This document shows, piece after piece, positions 27,839-38,276 of a stretch of DNA of 64,000 bases. This DNA comes from a candidate division WOR-3 bacterium (GTDB lineage: Bacteria > Hydrothermota > Tepidihabitantia > Tepidihabitantales > Tepidihabitantaceae). Within the stretch, counting starts at the first letter, position 1, and every line of letters starts with the position of its first letter. The translations under genes and the position numbers were made by a program. A model generated the notes under the pieces. That model did not search any database, was not told the origin of the DNA, and saw only the letters and a program-made list of their open reading frames with translations. The stretch spans positions 32,001-96,000 of the forward strand of contig CBFGKH010000005.1 in NCBI GenBank assembly GCA_965649295.1, given 5' to 3'.

Positions 27839-28747
27839 ATGCGACTAATTGGTGATACGCGAATTCCATTTGTTGCGAAGCGAAGGGTGTTCTTCGGTCT
27901 TTCGGCAGCTCTCATCCTGGCAAGTATCGGAGTTGTTGTCATCCGTGGCGGTTTCAACTACGGTGTCGATTTCACGGGTGGTTCACTGGTTCAGGTTCGT
28001 TTCTCGCAACTCGTCAGCACCGATGCTGTCCGGGCCGCCCTACAGGCGATGGGCGAGCAGGGTGCAGCCATTCAGCGCGATGAGCAGGGAGATTTCTTTA
28101 TTCGCGTCAAAGCGCGGGAGCTCACCGGCGGCCAGTCGTTTGGGACAATGTTGGGGCAGCAGCTGGCAACTTCTTTCCCAGGCAACGCCTTCGAAATACT
28201 GAGCGAGGATACAGTCGGTCCGCAGGTTTCGAAGGAACTGCAGGGCAAGGTGCTGCTGGCGGTGCTGCTGGCGATAGTCGGAATCCTCGTCTATGTTTCG
28301 TTCCGCTTCGATTTTCGGTTCGGTACCGGTGCTGTACTAGCTCTCATTCACGATACGGTCATAACTTTGGGTTTTGTGGCTTTGTTCAACAAGGAGATTA
28401 CGGTCACGGTAATTGCGGCAGTTTTGACCGTGATCGGGTATTCAGTCAACGACTCGATTGTTGTGTCAGACCGGATCCGTGAAGACATCCGTAAGATGCG
28501 CAAAGAGTCGTTTGCTGACGTCTGTAACACAGCAATCAATCAAACTCTCAGTCGAACAGCGATCACGTCGCTAACTGTTCTGTTCGTCACGTTATCTTTG
28601 TTGATCTTCGGGGCCGCCAGCATTAGGGACTTCGCATTCGTTATGACGGTCGGCACGGTGGTTGGCACCTATTCTTCCATATTCGTGGTTGCCAATTCAG
28701 TTGTGGAATGGGAGCATCGGTTCCCCAGCAAGCGCCGACTGCGGTAG
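27839..28747 (+). CDS. secF: Protein translocase subunit SecF
   Basis: GVDFTGG, VGPQVS, GYSVNDSIVVSDRIRE, GTYSSIF. Confidence 0.97.
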   Translation: MRLIGDTRIPFVAKRRVFFGLSAALILASIGVVVIRGGFNYGVDFTGGSLVQVRFSQLVSTDAVRAALQAMGEQGAAIQRDEQGDFFIRVKARELTGGQSFGTMLGQQLATSFPGNAFEILSEDTVGPQVSKELQGKVLLAVLLAIVGILVYVSFRFDFRFGTGAVLALIHDTVITLGFVALFNKEITVTVIAAVLTVIGYSVNDSIVVSDRIREDIRKMRKESFADVCNTAINQTLSRTAITSLTVLFVTLSLLIFGAASIRDFAFVMTVGTVVGTYSSIFVVANSVVEWEHRFPSKRRLR

Positions 28748-29253
28748 CTAAGTCAGAATCAGAAGCGCCGCGCCTGCCCGGCAGGCGCTTCTTTTTGCTG
28801 GCTATGTTTGGGAGCTGGTTCTTCACCGGCTACTTTCCGATTGCGCCAGCAACTGTTACTAGTCTTGTCGTCATGCCAATGGCGTTCCTTTTGGCGCGGT
28901 GGAAACCCTGGTGGCAGTTGCTACCAATCGTTGTGTTCTTCATTGTCGGTGTACCGGCGGCTACCCGGCTCGAGCGGGTCTGGGGGCATGACCCGGCCCG
29001 AGTTACTATCGATGAGGTCGTGGGTGCGTTGGCGACTTTCTTCATGAATCCGGTGTCGATTTGGGGGTTGGGTGTTGGGTTCTTACTCTGGCGGTTTTTC
29101 GATATCATTAAGCTGCCCTTTGTTGATCGGGCTCAACGTCTGCCCGGTGGCTGGGGTATCATGATGGACGATTTGCTCGCGGGAGTTTGTGCCAACCTAG
29201 CGTTGCGGCTTATCTTGCTCGTGCCTGCCTTCAGCTGCTTGCGTTGCCCTTGA
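28708..29253 (+). CDS. pgpA: Phosphatidylglycerophosphatase A (start uncertain)
   Basis: GYFPIAPAT, HDPARVTIDEVVG, RFFDIIK, GGWGIMMDDLLAG. Confidence 0.9.
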   Translation: MGASVPQQAPTAVAKSESEAPRLPGRRFFLLAMFGSWFFTGYFPIAPATVTSLVVMPMAFLLARWKPWWQLLPIVVFFIVGVPAATRLERVWGHDPARVTIDEVVGALATFFMNPVSIWGLGVGFLLWRFFDIIKLPFVDRAQRLPGGWGIMMDDLLAGVCANLALRLILLVPAFSCLRCP

Positions 29254-29254
29254 G

Positions 29255-30499
29255 ATGACTAAGAAGAGTTTGCTTGAACGACTGGAGCTCGTTGTTGTGG
29301 GCGATGAGCTCCTCACTGGTCGCGTGGTTGATACGAACTCGGCTTTCATCGGGCGATTGCTTGCCAGCGTTGGTGCTGGGCCGAGCTTGGTGAGCAAAGT
29401 CGGCGATGATGAAGCGGAGATTAGGCAGGTGATCAGTGCTGCAATGGGGCGTTCGCAATTCGTCATTGTTCTTGGCGGGCTTGGGCCAACCGATGACGAC
29501 CGGACAATTGCGGCGGTCGCGGCGTTGCTAGGACGTCGGCTGCGTGTCCACGCACCGACTCTGCGACGGATCGAGGTGCTATTTGCAAAGAGGGGACTGG
29601 AGATGCCGGAGCCGGCGCGGCGGCAGGCTCTCTTACCGATTGGTGCGAAGTTACTGCAAAACCCTTTCGGGATGGTGCCAGGCATGATTCTCACTGAGCA
29701 GTCGTGTACTATTGCTTTGGTGCCGGGGGTTCCGGAGGAGATGGAAGCAGTTATTGTTGGTGGCGTTCTGCCTTACCTCCGTCGTCACTATCAACTACAA
29801 CCGCGACAGTCGGTTACGGTGCGCACCATCGGGCTACCAGAGTCGGCTATTCTTCGGAAGGCCAGTGGGCTTACTCAGATGTATCCGTCAGCGACTTGGG
29901 CTTACTATCCTTCTGTCAGTGGCGTTGACGTCGTTGTTTCTGGTCCGTCGACGCGGATCGTTACAAGCTGTGTGCGGCGGTTGCAGCAGTTACTTGACAC
30001 AAGCGTGTATGCTGTGGGCGACGATCCGCTTGAGGCAGTTGTGGGACGTCAACTTAAACAGCGACAACTTTGGCTAGCAACGGCTGAGTCGTGTACGGGT
30101 GGACTTGTGAGTCACAGAATCACCAACGTGCCAGGCAGTTCGTGTTATTTTCGTGGCGGTGTAATTGCCTACTCTAATGAAGTTAAGCTGAAGTTGCTCG
30201 GCGTTCCCGCCGATGTGTTGCGGCGCTATGGTGCGGTCAGTGAACCAACGGTCCGAGCGATGGCTACTGGAGCAATGAGGCTGCTTGGAGCTGACACTGC
30301 TGTTGCCGTATCAGGTATTGCCGGGCCTGGTGGTGGTACGCGACAGAAACCAGTTGGGCTTGTTTTTGTGGCGGCAGCGGCAGGAGAAGAGGTGGTGGTT
30401 GAACGCTTGCGATTGTTGGGTGACAGACGGATGATCAAGGAACGAGCGGCAGCAGCAGCTTTGGACCTACTGCGTCGCCTACTGCTATCCTTTAAATGA
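29255..30499 (+). CDS. cinA: CinA competence/damage-inducible protein (molybdopterin-binding domain + PncC)
   Basis: VGDELLTGRVVDTN, GGLGPTDDD, ATAESCTGG, SGIAGPGGG. Confidence 0.95.
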   Translation: MTKKSLLERLELVVVGDELLTGRVVDTNSAFIGRLLASVGAGPSLVSKVGDDEAEIRQVISAAMGRSQFVIVLGGLGPTDDDRTIAAVAALLGRRLRVHAPTLRRIEVLFAKRGLEMPEPARRQALLPIGAKLLQNPFGMVPGMILTEQSCTIALVPGVPEEMEAVIVGGVLPYLRRHYQLQPRQSVTVRTIGLPESAILRKASGLTQMYPSATWAYYPSVSGVDVVVSGPSTRIVTSCVRRLQQLLDTSVYAVGDDPLEAVVGRQLKQRQLWLATAESCTGGLVSHRITNVPGSSCYFRGGVIAYSNEVKLKLLGVPADVLRRYGAVSEPTVRAMATGAMRLLGADTAVAVSGIAGPGGGTRQKPVGLVFVAAAAGEEVVVERLRLLGDRRMIKERAAAAALDLLRRLLLSFK

Positions 30500-31065
30500 C
30501 TAACTTGATTCGTTCCTTTGTTGCCATTGACATCTCACACCGCGCCCGTGACCAGGTCGCTGATTTCATAGACAGGCTACGGCGGCAGGTAGGGGGTGTG
30601 CGCTGGGTGCGGCCGGACTTGCTGCATTTGACTTTGGTTTTCCTGGGTGAGGTTGAGTCTACGTTCATTGAGGCAGTGAAACCGGGTCTGAGAGAGGCGG
30701 CGGCAGCGACAGTCTGCTTTCCGCTTCGTCTTGTTGGTGTTGGTGCCTTTCCAAGTCCGCGACGGGCTCGCGTCATTTGGCTCGGTATGGAAGCCTCTTC
30801 GTGCGATGAACTGGTTAGGCTGCAGCGAGCAGCAGTCCGTGCGTTGGTGCGGAAGGGGTTCGTGCCGGAAGCCCGGCCTTTCAGTCCGCATCTTACTATC
30901 GGCCGGCTGCCAGTACCGACCGACGTATCATCGTTACTAGCGAGTCAGCAATTCGAATCAGAGCCGTTTGAGGCGGAACGGCTGGCACTCTATCGTAGCG
31001 TGCTGCGTACACAGGGGCCGGAATACTCGGTGCTGGCTACGTTCGAGTTTTCACCACGGTCTTGA
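30496..31065 (+). CDS. thpR: RNA 2',3'-cyclic phosphodiesterase (2H family)
   Basis: Two HxT motifs, HLTLVFLG and PHLTIGR. Confidence 0.93.
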   Translation: MTNLIRSFVAIDISHRARDQVADFIDRLRRQVGGVRWVRPDLLHLTLVFLGEVESTFIEAVKPGLREAAAATVCFPLRLVGVGAFPSPRRARVIWLGMEASSCDELVRLQRAAVRALVRKGFVPEARPFSPHLTIGRLPVPTDVSSLLASQQFESEPFEAERLALYRSVLRTQGPEYSVLATFEFSPRS

Positions 31066-31104
31066 CTTCCTTGTACGGCAGCCGATGATAGGTTGGAGGT
31101 TACC

Positions 31105-31545
31105 GTGTTTGAACTAACGCCTGCGGTCTGGATTGCGGCTGGCATCGTCCTAGCTGTGTTGGAGATGTTCGTACCCGGATTGGTCGTTATCTGGTTCGGG
31201 ATCGCAGCCATTGTTGCTGGTGTTATCGCTTTCTTCGTACCAAATCCGTACGTCCAGTTTGGTGTTTTCGCCGTACTCTCGCTGGTTCTGATACTTTCCT
31301 CGCAGCGTATCGCTCGCAAGATTACTCGTCCCGAACCGGAACCGGTAGGATCAAACCGAATGGTCGGCGTGACCGGCCGTGTTGTGCAGGCAATCGTGCC
31401 GCCAGACCTTGGCAGGGTGAAGGTTGATGGAGAGGAGTGGCGGGCTGGTGCGCGGCAGAGAATTGAGGCGGGCGCAGTAGTCAGGGTTATTGGAGTAGAA
31501 GGAACACGGCTCACTGTTGAGCCGGTCAATGAAGGGAGCTGCTAG
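31105..31545 (+). CDS. NfeD-family protein
   Basis: N-terminal TMs plus OB-fold (GRVKVDGEEWRA); next to SPFH gene; GGAGG before GTG 31105. Confidence 0.9.
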   Translation: MFELTPAVWIAAGIVLAVLEMFVPGLVVIWFGIAAIVAGVIAFFVPNPYVQFGVFAVLSLVLILSSQRIARKITRPEPEPVGSNRMVGVTGRVVQAIVPPDLGRVKVDGEEWRAGARQRIEAGAVVRVIGVEGTRLTVEPVNEGSC

Positions 31546-32472
31546 ATGACGGGCACACTATTGGTAATCATTCTGGTTTTTCTCTTTCTGCTGGCACTGC
31601 TGGGAATTAAGACGGTCCGGCCCTATGAGCGGGCCTGTGTTGAAAGGCTTGGCAAGTACCAGCGGACAGTCCAGCCGGGGTTGAATTTCATCATGCCCTT
31701 CCTTGAGAGGATGATCAAGGTGGACATGCGGGAGCAGGTGGTTGATGTGCCGCCTCAAGAGGTAATCACCAAGGACAATGCGACGGTGACGGTGGATGCT
31801 ATCGTCTATTACGAGGTCACCGATCCGGTCAAGGTACTGTACAACGTTGCCAACTTCCGGCTAGCGACGATCAAACTGGCTCAGACCAATCTGCGTAACG
31901 TGATTGGCGACCTGACGCTTGACGAGTCATTGACGTCGCGGGAGCGGATCAATGCCAAGCTTAGGGATGTCCTCGACGAGGCGACCGACAAGTGGGGCGC
32001 TAAAGTGACTCGTGTTGAGCTGCAGCGGATTGAGCCACCTAATGATGTGACCGAGGCGATGCACCGGCAGATGAAAGCAGAGCGTGACCGACGCGCGGCA
32101 GTGCTCGAGGCTGAAGGCTTCAAGCAGGCGGCCATCCTCAAAGCCGATGGCGAGAAGCAGGCACGCATCCTGCAAGCCGAAGGTCAGGCTCAGGCTATCG
32201 AGAAGGTGGCTGATGCCGAAAAGTACAAGCTCCTAACCGTGGCCGAGGGCGAGGGGCAGGCAATCGAGCGGGTTTATCGGGCTATTCATAACGGCAACCC
32301 CACTAAGGACCTGATCACAATCAAGTATCTTGAGGCCTTGGCGAAGATAGCTGATGGCAAGGCGGCCAAGCTTTTTGTTCCCTACGAAGCATCGGGTGTG
32401 CTGGCTGGGTTGGGTGTCATCGCCGATGTGCTTGGTGAGCGTAAGGGCGAAGAGAGGGCGGCCAAGGATTAG
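31546..32472 (+). CDS. SPFH/band 7 (QmcA/stomatin-like) protein
   Basis: [29 protein letters not shown]. Confidence 0.94.
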   Translation: MTGTLLVIILVFLFLLALLGIKTVRPYERACVERLGKYQRTVQPGLNFIMPFLERMIKVDMREQVVDVPPQEVITKDNATVTVDAIVYYEVTDPVKVLYNVANFRLATIKLAQTNLRNVIGDLTLDESLTSRERINAKLRDVLDEATDKWGAKVTRVELQRIEPPNDVTEAMHRQMKAERDRRAAVLEAEGFKQAAILKADGEKQARILQAEGQAQAIEKVADAEKYKLLTVAEGEGQAIERVYRAIHNGNPTKDLITIKYLEALAKIADGKAAKLFVPYEASGVLAGLGVIADVLGERKGEERAAKD

Positions 32473-32536
32473 CGAGCCAAGAACACAGTTTTGACTGGGT
32501 ACCGCTCTTGGACAGAATAGCTGCCCATTGAAGACA

Positions 32537-35272
32537 ATGCATAGTCAACCGGTTGGCGATCGCTGGCACCTTTTGCCGAAAGAAGAAGTTCTGAGCCAGC
32601 TTGGTTCGAGTGCGGTTGGACTCGAGCCAGCTGAGGTGAAGTCTCGGCAGGAGCGATTCGGAGCAAACGCGCTGGTCGAGCGTGGTGCCAGACCGCCGCT
32701 TGCCATCCTCAAGGACCAGTTTACATCAGTGATGGTTCTACTGCTCATCGGGGCAGCAGTTGTGTCGGTGTTTCTCCATGAGTACGCCGATGCCGCCGTC
32801 ATCATGGTCATAGTCGTTCTCAATGCCATCCTTGGATTCGTGCAAGAGTACCGGGCCGAGCGGGCAATCCAGGCTCTAAAACTGCTGGCAGTACCGACCG
32901 TGCGGGTTCGGCGAGGCGGACACCTTGTGGAAGTCTCGGCTCGTGAGCTTGTACCCGGCGACGTGGTCCTACTCGAGGCCGGGAGCCACGTGCCAGCTGA
33001 TGGTCGGTTGATTGAGGCTGCGAACCTGCGTGTCCAGGAAGCGACACTGACCGGTGAATCCGAGCCGGTCGAAAAGATAACGGGAACGCTTCCTGCCGGA
33101 GACCGAGCACTTGGCGATCGGCGCAACATGGTGTACATGGGTACGGCTGTCGTGGCCGGTCGCGGTACGATGGTAGTCACTAGCACCGGAATGGCAACGG
33201 AGCTCGGTCGAATTGCCGACATGTTGCAGAGTGTAGAGCGAGAGCCTACGCCGCTACAAAGGCGGATGGTACAACTAAGTCGCGGCCTGCTCTACGCGGT
33301 GATTGTTCTCGTGGTTGTCGTGTTTCTTGTCGGACTACTGCATCATCGGGCTGACATTCGTGTCTTGGTGTTGACTGCAATCAGCATGGCAGTTGCGGCT
33401 GTGCCCGAGGCGCTACCCGCAGTGGTGACGATTGCGCTTGCCCTTGGTGCACAGCGAATGCTCAAGCGCCGAGCGTTGCTGCGCAAGTTGCCAGCAGTCG
33501 AGACGCTCGGTTCGGTGGACGTCATCTGTTCGGATAAGACCGGTACGCTGACCGAGAATCGGATGGCAGTAACAGTGCTGGATGTGGCCGGGCATCAGTT
33601 TGAGATAACGCCGACGACTGGCCCGAACGACGCCGCGGCGGTTGGTGCGCCGGCGTTGGAGTTGCTTCTTGTCGGCGGTGCGCTCTGCAATGATGCTGTA
33701 CTGGAGGTTGGCGAAGACGGTCGCCATCGTGCTATTGGTGACCCGACCGAGGGAGCGCTTGTTATCGCTGCTGGCCGTTTTGGTTTCGCGAAACCTGAAC
33801 TAGAAAGGCTCCTACCACGCGTCGCTGAGATTCCATTCAGTTCTGAGCGCAAGCGAATGACGACAATTCACCATAGTAACACCGAGCAGCCGGCAGGGCT
33901 GCTCAGTGCGGCAGGAATTTCCACTCCGTATCTTGCGATAACAAAGGGCGCGGTGGACGTCATTCTGCGTGATGCTGACACGGTGCTCGATGGCAAGCTG
34001 ATGAGGCCGCTCGACGAGAGTATGCGGAGGCGAATTGAGGCCGCCAACGACCGCTTTGCTCGTGACGGAATGCGGGTGCTGGGTCTGGCAGTTCGTCCGC
34101 TGGGTTTGTTGCCGGCAAGGATTGATGAAACTAACGTCGAGAAGGAGATGGTTTTTGTCGGCCTGGTCGCGATGATTGACCCGGCGCGGCCCGAGGTCAA
34201 AGCAGCGGTTGAGACTTGTCGCGCGGCGGGCATCAGACCGATCATGATTACCGGTGACCATCCGCTGACCGCCCGTTTCATAGCTAGTGAGCTGGGAATG
34301 ATTGACGCTAGTAGCCGCGTTGTTACTGGCGTTGAACTGGAGCGAATAACTGTTGACGAACTGACGACTGTCGTCGAAGAGACTGCAGTCTATGCGCGGG
34401 TTGCGCCGGAGCACAAGCTGGCAATCGTTGATGCGCTTCAGCGTCGAGGTCACGTCGTGGCGATGACTGGTGATGGGGTTAACGATGCACCGGCACTGAG
34501 GAAGGCTGATATCGGCGTCGCGATGGGTATCACCGGTACTGATGTCTCAAAGGAGGCCGCTGATATGGTACTCCTTGACGACAATTTCGCCACAATCGTG
34601 GCGGCCGTCGAGGAAGGCCGAGTCATCTACGACAACATTCGAAAATTCCTTAAGTACACACTGACGTCGAACGCGGGCGAAATTTGGGTGATGTTGCTAG
34701 CTCCGTTTTTGGGCATGCCGATGGCCCTACTACCAGTGCAGATTCTTTGGGTAAACCTGGTGACTGATGGCTTGCCTGGCTTGGCCTTGACTGTTGAACC
34801 GGCTGAACGCAACACGATGAAGCGGCGGCCCTACCATCCATCGGAAAACATCTTCGGTCGTGGTCTGGCAATTGATGTGGTCTGGGTCGGTTTGGCGATG
34901 GGGGTTACATCGCTCGTGATTGGTTTCCTGTCGTGGCTAAGTAATCGTGATGGAGCTTGGCAGACTATGGTATTCACGACTCTGACGATTAGTCAGATGG
35001 GTAATGCTCTCGCTACTCGGTCCGAACGCGATTCGCTATTCTCGGGTGGACGGAGGGCTAACCACGCTCTGACGGCAGCGGTGTTGCTGACACTTGGCCT
35101 GCAGCTTGCAGTAACCTACGTGCCGTTCTTGCAGCGGGTGTTCCATACTAAGCCGCTGTCTTGGCTCGAGCTGGCACTTAGTCTTGTGGCCAGCACCGCT
35201 GTCTTCTGGAGCGTTGAGCTGGTTAAGCTGGGCCGTCGCTTGCGCAGCCAACGTCGCGCAGCGTCGGCGTAG
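32537..35272 (+). CDS. P2A-type (Ca2+-like) cation-transporting ATPase
   Basis: [43 protein letters not shown]. Confidence 0.95.
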   Translation: MHSQPVGDRWHLLPKEEVLSQLGSSAVGLEPAEVKSRQERFGANALVERGARPPLAILKDQFTSVMVLLLIGAAVVSVFLHEYADAAVIMVIVVLNAILGFVQEYRAERAIQALKLLAVPTVRVRRGGHLVEVSARELVPGDVVLLEAGSHVPADGRLIEAANLRVQEATLTGESEPVEKITGTLPAGDRALGDRRNMVYMGTAVVAGRGTMVVTSTGMATELGRIADMLQSVEREPTPLQRRMVQLSRGLLYAVIVLVVVVFLVGLLHHRADIRVLVLTAISMAVAAVPEALPAVVTIALALGAQRMLKRRALLRKLPAVETLGSVDVICSDKTGTLTENRMAVTVLDVAGHQFEITPTTGPNDAAAVGAPALELLLVGGALCNDAVLEVGEDGRHRAIGDPTEGALVIAAGRFGFAKPELERLLPRVAEIPFSSERKRMTTIHHSNTEQPAGLLSAAGISTPYLAITKGAVDVILRDADTVLDGKLMRPLDESMRRRIEAANDRFARDGMRVLGLAVRPLGLLPARIDETNVEKEMVFVGLVAMIDPARPEVKAAVETCRAAGIRPIMITGDHPLTARFIASELGMIDASSRVVTGVELERITVDELTTVVEETAVYARVAPEHKLAIVDALQRRGHVVAMTGDGVNDAPALRKADIGVAMGITGTDVSKEAADMVLLDDNFATIVAAVEEGRVIYDNIRKFLKYTLTSNAGEIWVMLLAPFLGMPMALLPVQILWVNLVTDGLPGLALTVEPAERNTMKRRPYHPSENIFGRGLAIDVVWVGLAMGVTSLVIGFLSWLSNRDGAWQTMVFTTLTISQMGNALATRSERDSLFSGGRRANHALTAAVLLTLGLQLAVTYVPFLQRVFHTKPLSWLELALSLVASTAVFWSVELVKLGRRLRSQRRAASA

Positions 35273-35338
35273 GGCAGTCTATCCCGCTGGGGTGATCAGA
35301 CGGAAGTTGGACAGGTCGCTAGACCTGGCCAGTAGCAA

Positions 35339-35845
35339 TCAAAGTAATGTTGGGCAGTTGCAAGGGCCCTGGTTCAGGTCTGCGCCGCAGGTTGGGCACA
35401 GGCCTCGGCAGTTCTCACGGCAGCAGGGGGCAATCGGTACGGCAAGGTGAATGGCGTCGTGGATTATTGGGATCAGCTCGAGTTCATCGCCCCAGAGTTG
35501 ATTCTGGTCAATTTCCTCGTCTCTTATCCGGTGCGGACTGCGCGGTAGCGAGTAGTCGGCGAACTCGGCGGTGAGGGGTTCGTCGAAGTTGCACTCGTAG
35601 TCATCGCCACAGAGCGAACAGGCGAGTTCAGCCCGAAATCGGATCCGGCCGTTGAGGAGCAATCGTTGGCCGGTACGGGTGATGCTGAAGTCGGTCAGCA
35701 GAGAACCAATGATACGCTTGAAGGACGGGTTCTCACTCACCTCGCAGGGTGCGAATCCGAGGTCGTCTGGTGAAAGCCTGAAGCCGAACCTATTCTCACC
35801 CTGCTTGAGCATGGCGAGCCGAATAACCAAATGACGTTGTCTCAC
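35339..35845 (-). CDS. DUF177/YceD family protein
   Basis: CSLC and C-terminal CRENCRGLCPTCGADLNQGPCNC. Confidence 0.9.
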   Translation of the reverse strand: MRQRHLVIRLAMLKQGENRFGFRLSPDDLGFAPCEVSENPSFKRIIGSLLTDFSITRTGQRLLLNGRIRFRAELACSLCGDDYECNFDEPLTAEFADYSLPRSPHRIRDEEIDQNQLWGDELELIPIIHDAIHLAVPIAPCCRENCRGLCPTCGADLNQGPCNCPTLL

Positions 35846-36834
35846 AGTTCTCTTACTAGTCTTTCGACAATCAGGTCGGGCTTGATGTTCTCGGCTTCAG
35901 CAGTGAAGTTGGTGACGATGCGGTGACGCAGGACCGGCTGGGCAACGGCGCGGACATCGTCAATGGAGGGGGTGTAGCGGCCGGCAAGCATGGCTCGGGT
36001 TTTGGCCCCAAGAATCAAATACTGGGAGGCACGCGGACCCGCGCCCCAGGTTACCCAGTCTCTTATCATCTTGGGCGCGGCGTCGGACGATGGGCGGGTG
36101 GCGGCGGCGAGCCGGACCGCATAGTCAATTACTTCGTCGGCAACCGGCACACGTCTGACCAGTTCTTGCAGGGCGCAAATTTCGGCGGCGGTTAGAACAC
36201 GGTTCAAGTCAGGCTTGTAGGCCGATGTTGTGCTCTTGACTATTTCCCGTTCCTCAGCGGTTGACGGATAACCGACGTTGATGGAGAACATGAATCGGTC
36301 AAGTTGGGCCTCGGGCAGCGGATAGGTGCCCTCCAGTTCGATTGGGTTCTGCGTGGCTAGCACAAAGAAGGGCGAGGGCAGGGGATAGGTGCGGCCGGCG
36401 ACCGTGACCTGGTACTCCTGCATCGCCTGTAACAAGGCGGCTTGTGTCTTGGGTGGTGTGCGGTTGATTTCGTCGGCGAGCACCACGTTAGCGAATACTG
36501 GTCCTTGGACAAATCGGAAGGTGCGGCGGCCGGTAGTGGCATCTTCCTCGATAATCTCAGTGCCGGTAATGTCTGATGGCATCAGGTCGGGTGTGAACTG
36601 CACCCGGTTGAAAGACAGGTCCAGTACGCGGGCGAGCGTGTTGACGAGCAGGGTCTTGGCGAGACCGGGTACACCTATCAGCAAGCCGTGGCCGTGGGCT
36701 AACAGACAGATAAGGGTCTGCTCAACGACTGATTGTTGGCCGACAATCACCTTAGCAACTTCTGATTCGATGCGGCGCCGGGCTTCACCGAGGCGCTGGA
36801 CAGCGGCAACATCGTTGCCGGTGCTATTGGGCAT
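35842..36834 (-). CDS. MoxR-family AAA+ ATPase
   Basis: GVPGLAKT, RVQFTPDLMPSDITG, LADEINR, ATQNPIELEGTYPLPEAQLDRF; GGAGG before ATG 36834. Confidence 0.95.
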   Translation of the reverse strand: MPNSTGNDVAAVQRLGEARRRIESEVAKVIVGQQSVVEQTLICLLAHGHGLLIGVPGLAKTLLVNTLARVLDLSFNRVQFTPDLMPSDITGTEIIEEDATTGRRTFRFVQGPVFANVVLADEINRTPPKTQAALLQAMQEYQVTVAGRTYPLPSPFFVLATQNPIELEGTYPLPEAQLDRFMFSINVGYPSTAEEREIVKSTTSAYKPDLNRVLTAAEICALQELVRRVPVADEVIDYAVRLAAATRPSSDAAPKMIRDWVTWGAGPRASQYLILGAKTRAMLAGRYTPSIDDVRAVAQPVLRHRIVTNFTAEAENIKPDLIVERLVREL

Positions 36835-37630
36835 TGGCAACCTCCAAGATCGTGCCGACAAGTTCTCGGCACAGCAACTGGATCAGATATTCGATATCAA
36901 CCACCAACCGTCTTCGGTCTTCTCGGTCAGTGACCAGTGCCTGGATTCGTTTCGAGCCGCCGTTGAAGGCATCTTTGGCCTGCCAGAGAACCTCGCCGGT
37001 CTCGACGTCAACCAGCCGAGCCTGAACGCCGACAGCTGCAGCCGGAGCACGGGGTCGGGTAATGAGAAAGATGATACCGACAATCGAAATCACTGCCAGC
37101 GCGGCAGCAAATACCTGCCAAGCATCGTCGTTGCGATCGTCGTCAATAATGACGACTGGCGGCGCTGGGCGGTCGTGATGTCGGCTACGGTAGCGGTGGC
37201 GAATGGTGTCAGGCCGGAGCTGGGGATGGGGTTCGAACTTGGTGACGCTACCCAGAATGACTGCTTCGGCGCCAAGCATCTTGCCGATGCGAACAGCGGT
37301 GGCCTGGTCGAAGCGAGAGGTTGTGTCTAGGTCCTGTTCCTGCCAGAGCTCTTCGATTCGGCTTCGTTCGATCAGCGAGAATAGCCCGGTGCGACCAAGT
37401 TGGAGAGTGAACTCCTCAGCAACAATGCCAGCGGCAGCCGGTTCCTTAGTTAGGTTCTCAAACGGCAGAACCGCGACGCGGACGAGCCTGCGTTCACGCA
37501 GGCGAGGCGAGCCGAAGTAGTTAGTGACCCGGTAGGGTCGAACCGTGGCACAATCAAGCGAAAATAGCAATGAAAGGGCCAGTCCGACGCAGAGGGGCCG
37601 CCGCCAGGCACCGGTGAAGTTCTGCATCAT
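36824..37630 (-). CDS. CsgG/HfaB-like lipoprotein with internal hydrophobic insert
   Basis: Lipobox-like LLFSLDC; VAVLPFEN, LIERSRIEELWQEQDL, IGKMLGAEAVILGSV, ARLVDVETGEVLW. Confidence 0.75.
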   Translation of the reverse strand: MMQNFTGAWRRPLCVGLALSLLFSLDCATVRPYRVTNYFGSPRLRERRLVRVAVLPFENLTKEPAAAGIVAEEFTLQLGRTGLFSLIERSRIEELWQEQDLDTTSRFDQATAVRIGKMLGAEAVILGSVTKFEPHPQLRPDTIRHRYRSRHHDRPAPPVVIIDDDRNDDAWQVFAAALAVISIVGIIFLITRPRAPAAAVGVQARLVDVETGEVLWQAKDAFNGGSKRIQALVTDREDRRRLVVDIEYLIQLLCRELVGTILEVANAQ

Positions 37631-38184
37631 TGGATAGACTCGGCCAACAATTGACAGAGCCAGCGGGCAAGGTAGTCAGGCTGAGTGCGCAAACGTTCGC
37701 GGTCCTCGCGTTCAGTAACCAGCGCCTGGACGCGGGGGTCTGAGCCGTTGAGAGCATCGGCGCCCTGCCAGGCGATTGCGCCGGTTTCAACCGCAACCAG
37801 CCGGACATTGGCACTAACCCGGCCAGGCCGGTAGTCGCTGACAGTGCCCATCACCACCGCGTGGGCACCAAGCATCTTACCAAGTCGGACCGCGGTTGAC
37901 TGATCGATTCGGTCTGGATCGAGGTCTTGCTCGGCATACAGGTCTTCGATACGGCTGCGTTCGACAAGCATGAAGCGATTCAGCCGACCAAGCTGGATTG
38001 CGAATTCTTCGGCAAAACGTCTACCTTCCGGGCCGGACATCGGCAGAACCGCAACCCGTTGCTGACGGATGCTGTTCATTGCCTGCTGGTTCTGGGTGTA
38101 GTTGGTGAACCGGTAGGGACGGGCAGTTGCGCAGAAAAGCGTCAGCAAGACTGGCAACAGTACGATTAGTCTTCTTAGTGCCAT
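37627..38184 (-). CDS. CsgG/HfaB-like lipoprotein (short paralog)
   Basis: LLTLFC; VAVLP, VERSRIEDLYAEQDL, LGKMLGAHAVVMGTV, VRLVAVETGAIAW. Confidence 0.75.
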   Translation of the reverse strand: MALRRLIVLLPVLLTLFCATARPYRFTNYTQNQQAMNSIRQQRVAVLPMSGPEGRRFAEEFAIQLGRLNRFMLVERSRIEDLYAEQDLDPDRIDQSTAVRLGKMLGAHAVVMGTVSDYRPGRVSANVRLVAVETGAIAWQGADALNGSDPRVQALVTEREDRERLRTQPDYLARWLCQLLAESIQ

Positions 38185-38276
38185 GGCATCTCCTTCGGCA
38201 TTGCCGCCTTCTAGGCTAGAGTGGCGGCTGCCTTTCTAGCCCTAATCTACTACCGCGGCCTTGGTCTTATTCCCAA

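Noticed and set aside
36389..37330. 313-aa plus-strand ORF
   Set aside because: Antisense shadow of moxR and the CsgG-like gene, typical of GC-rich DNA.
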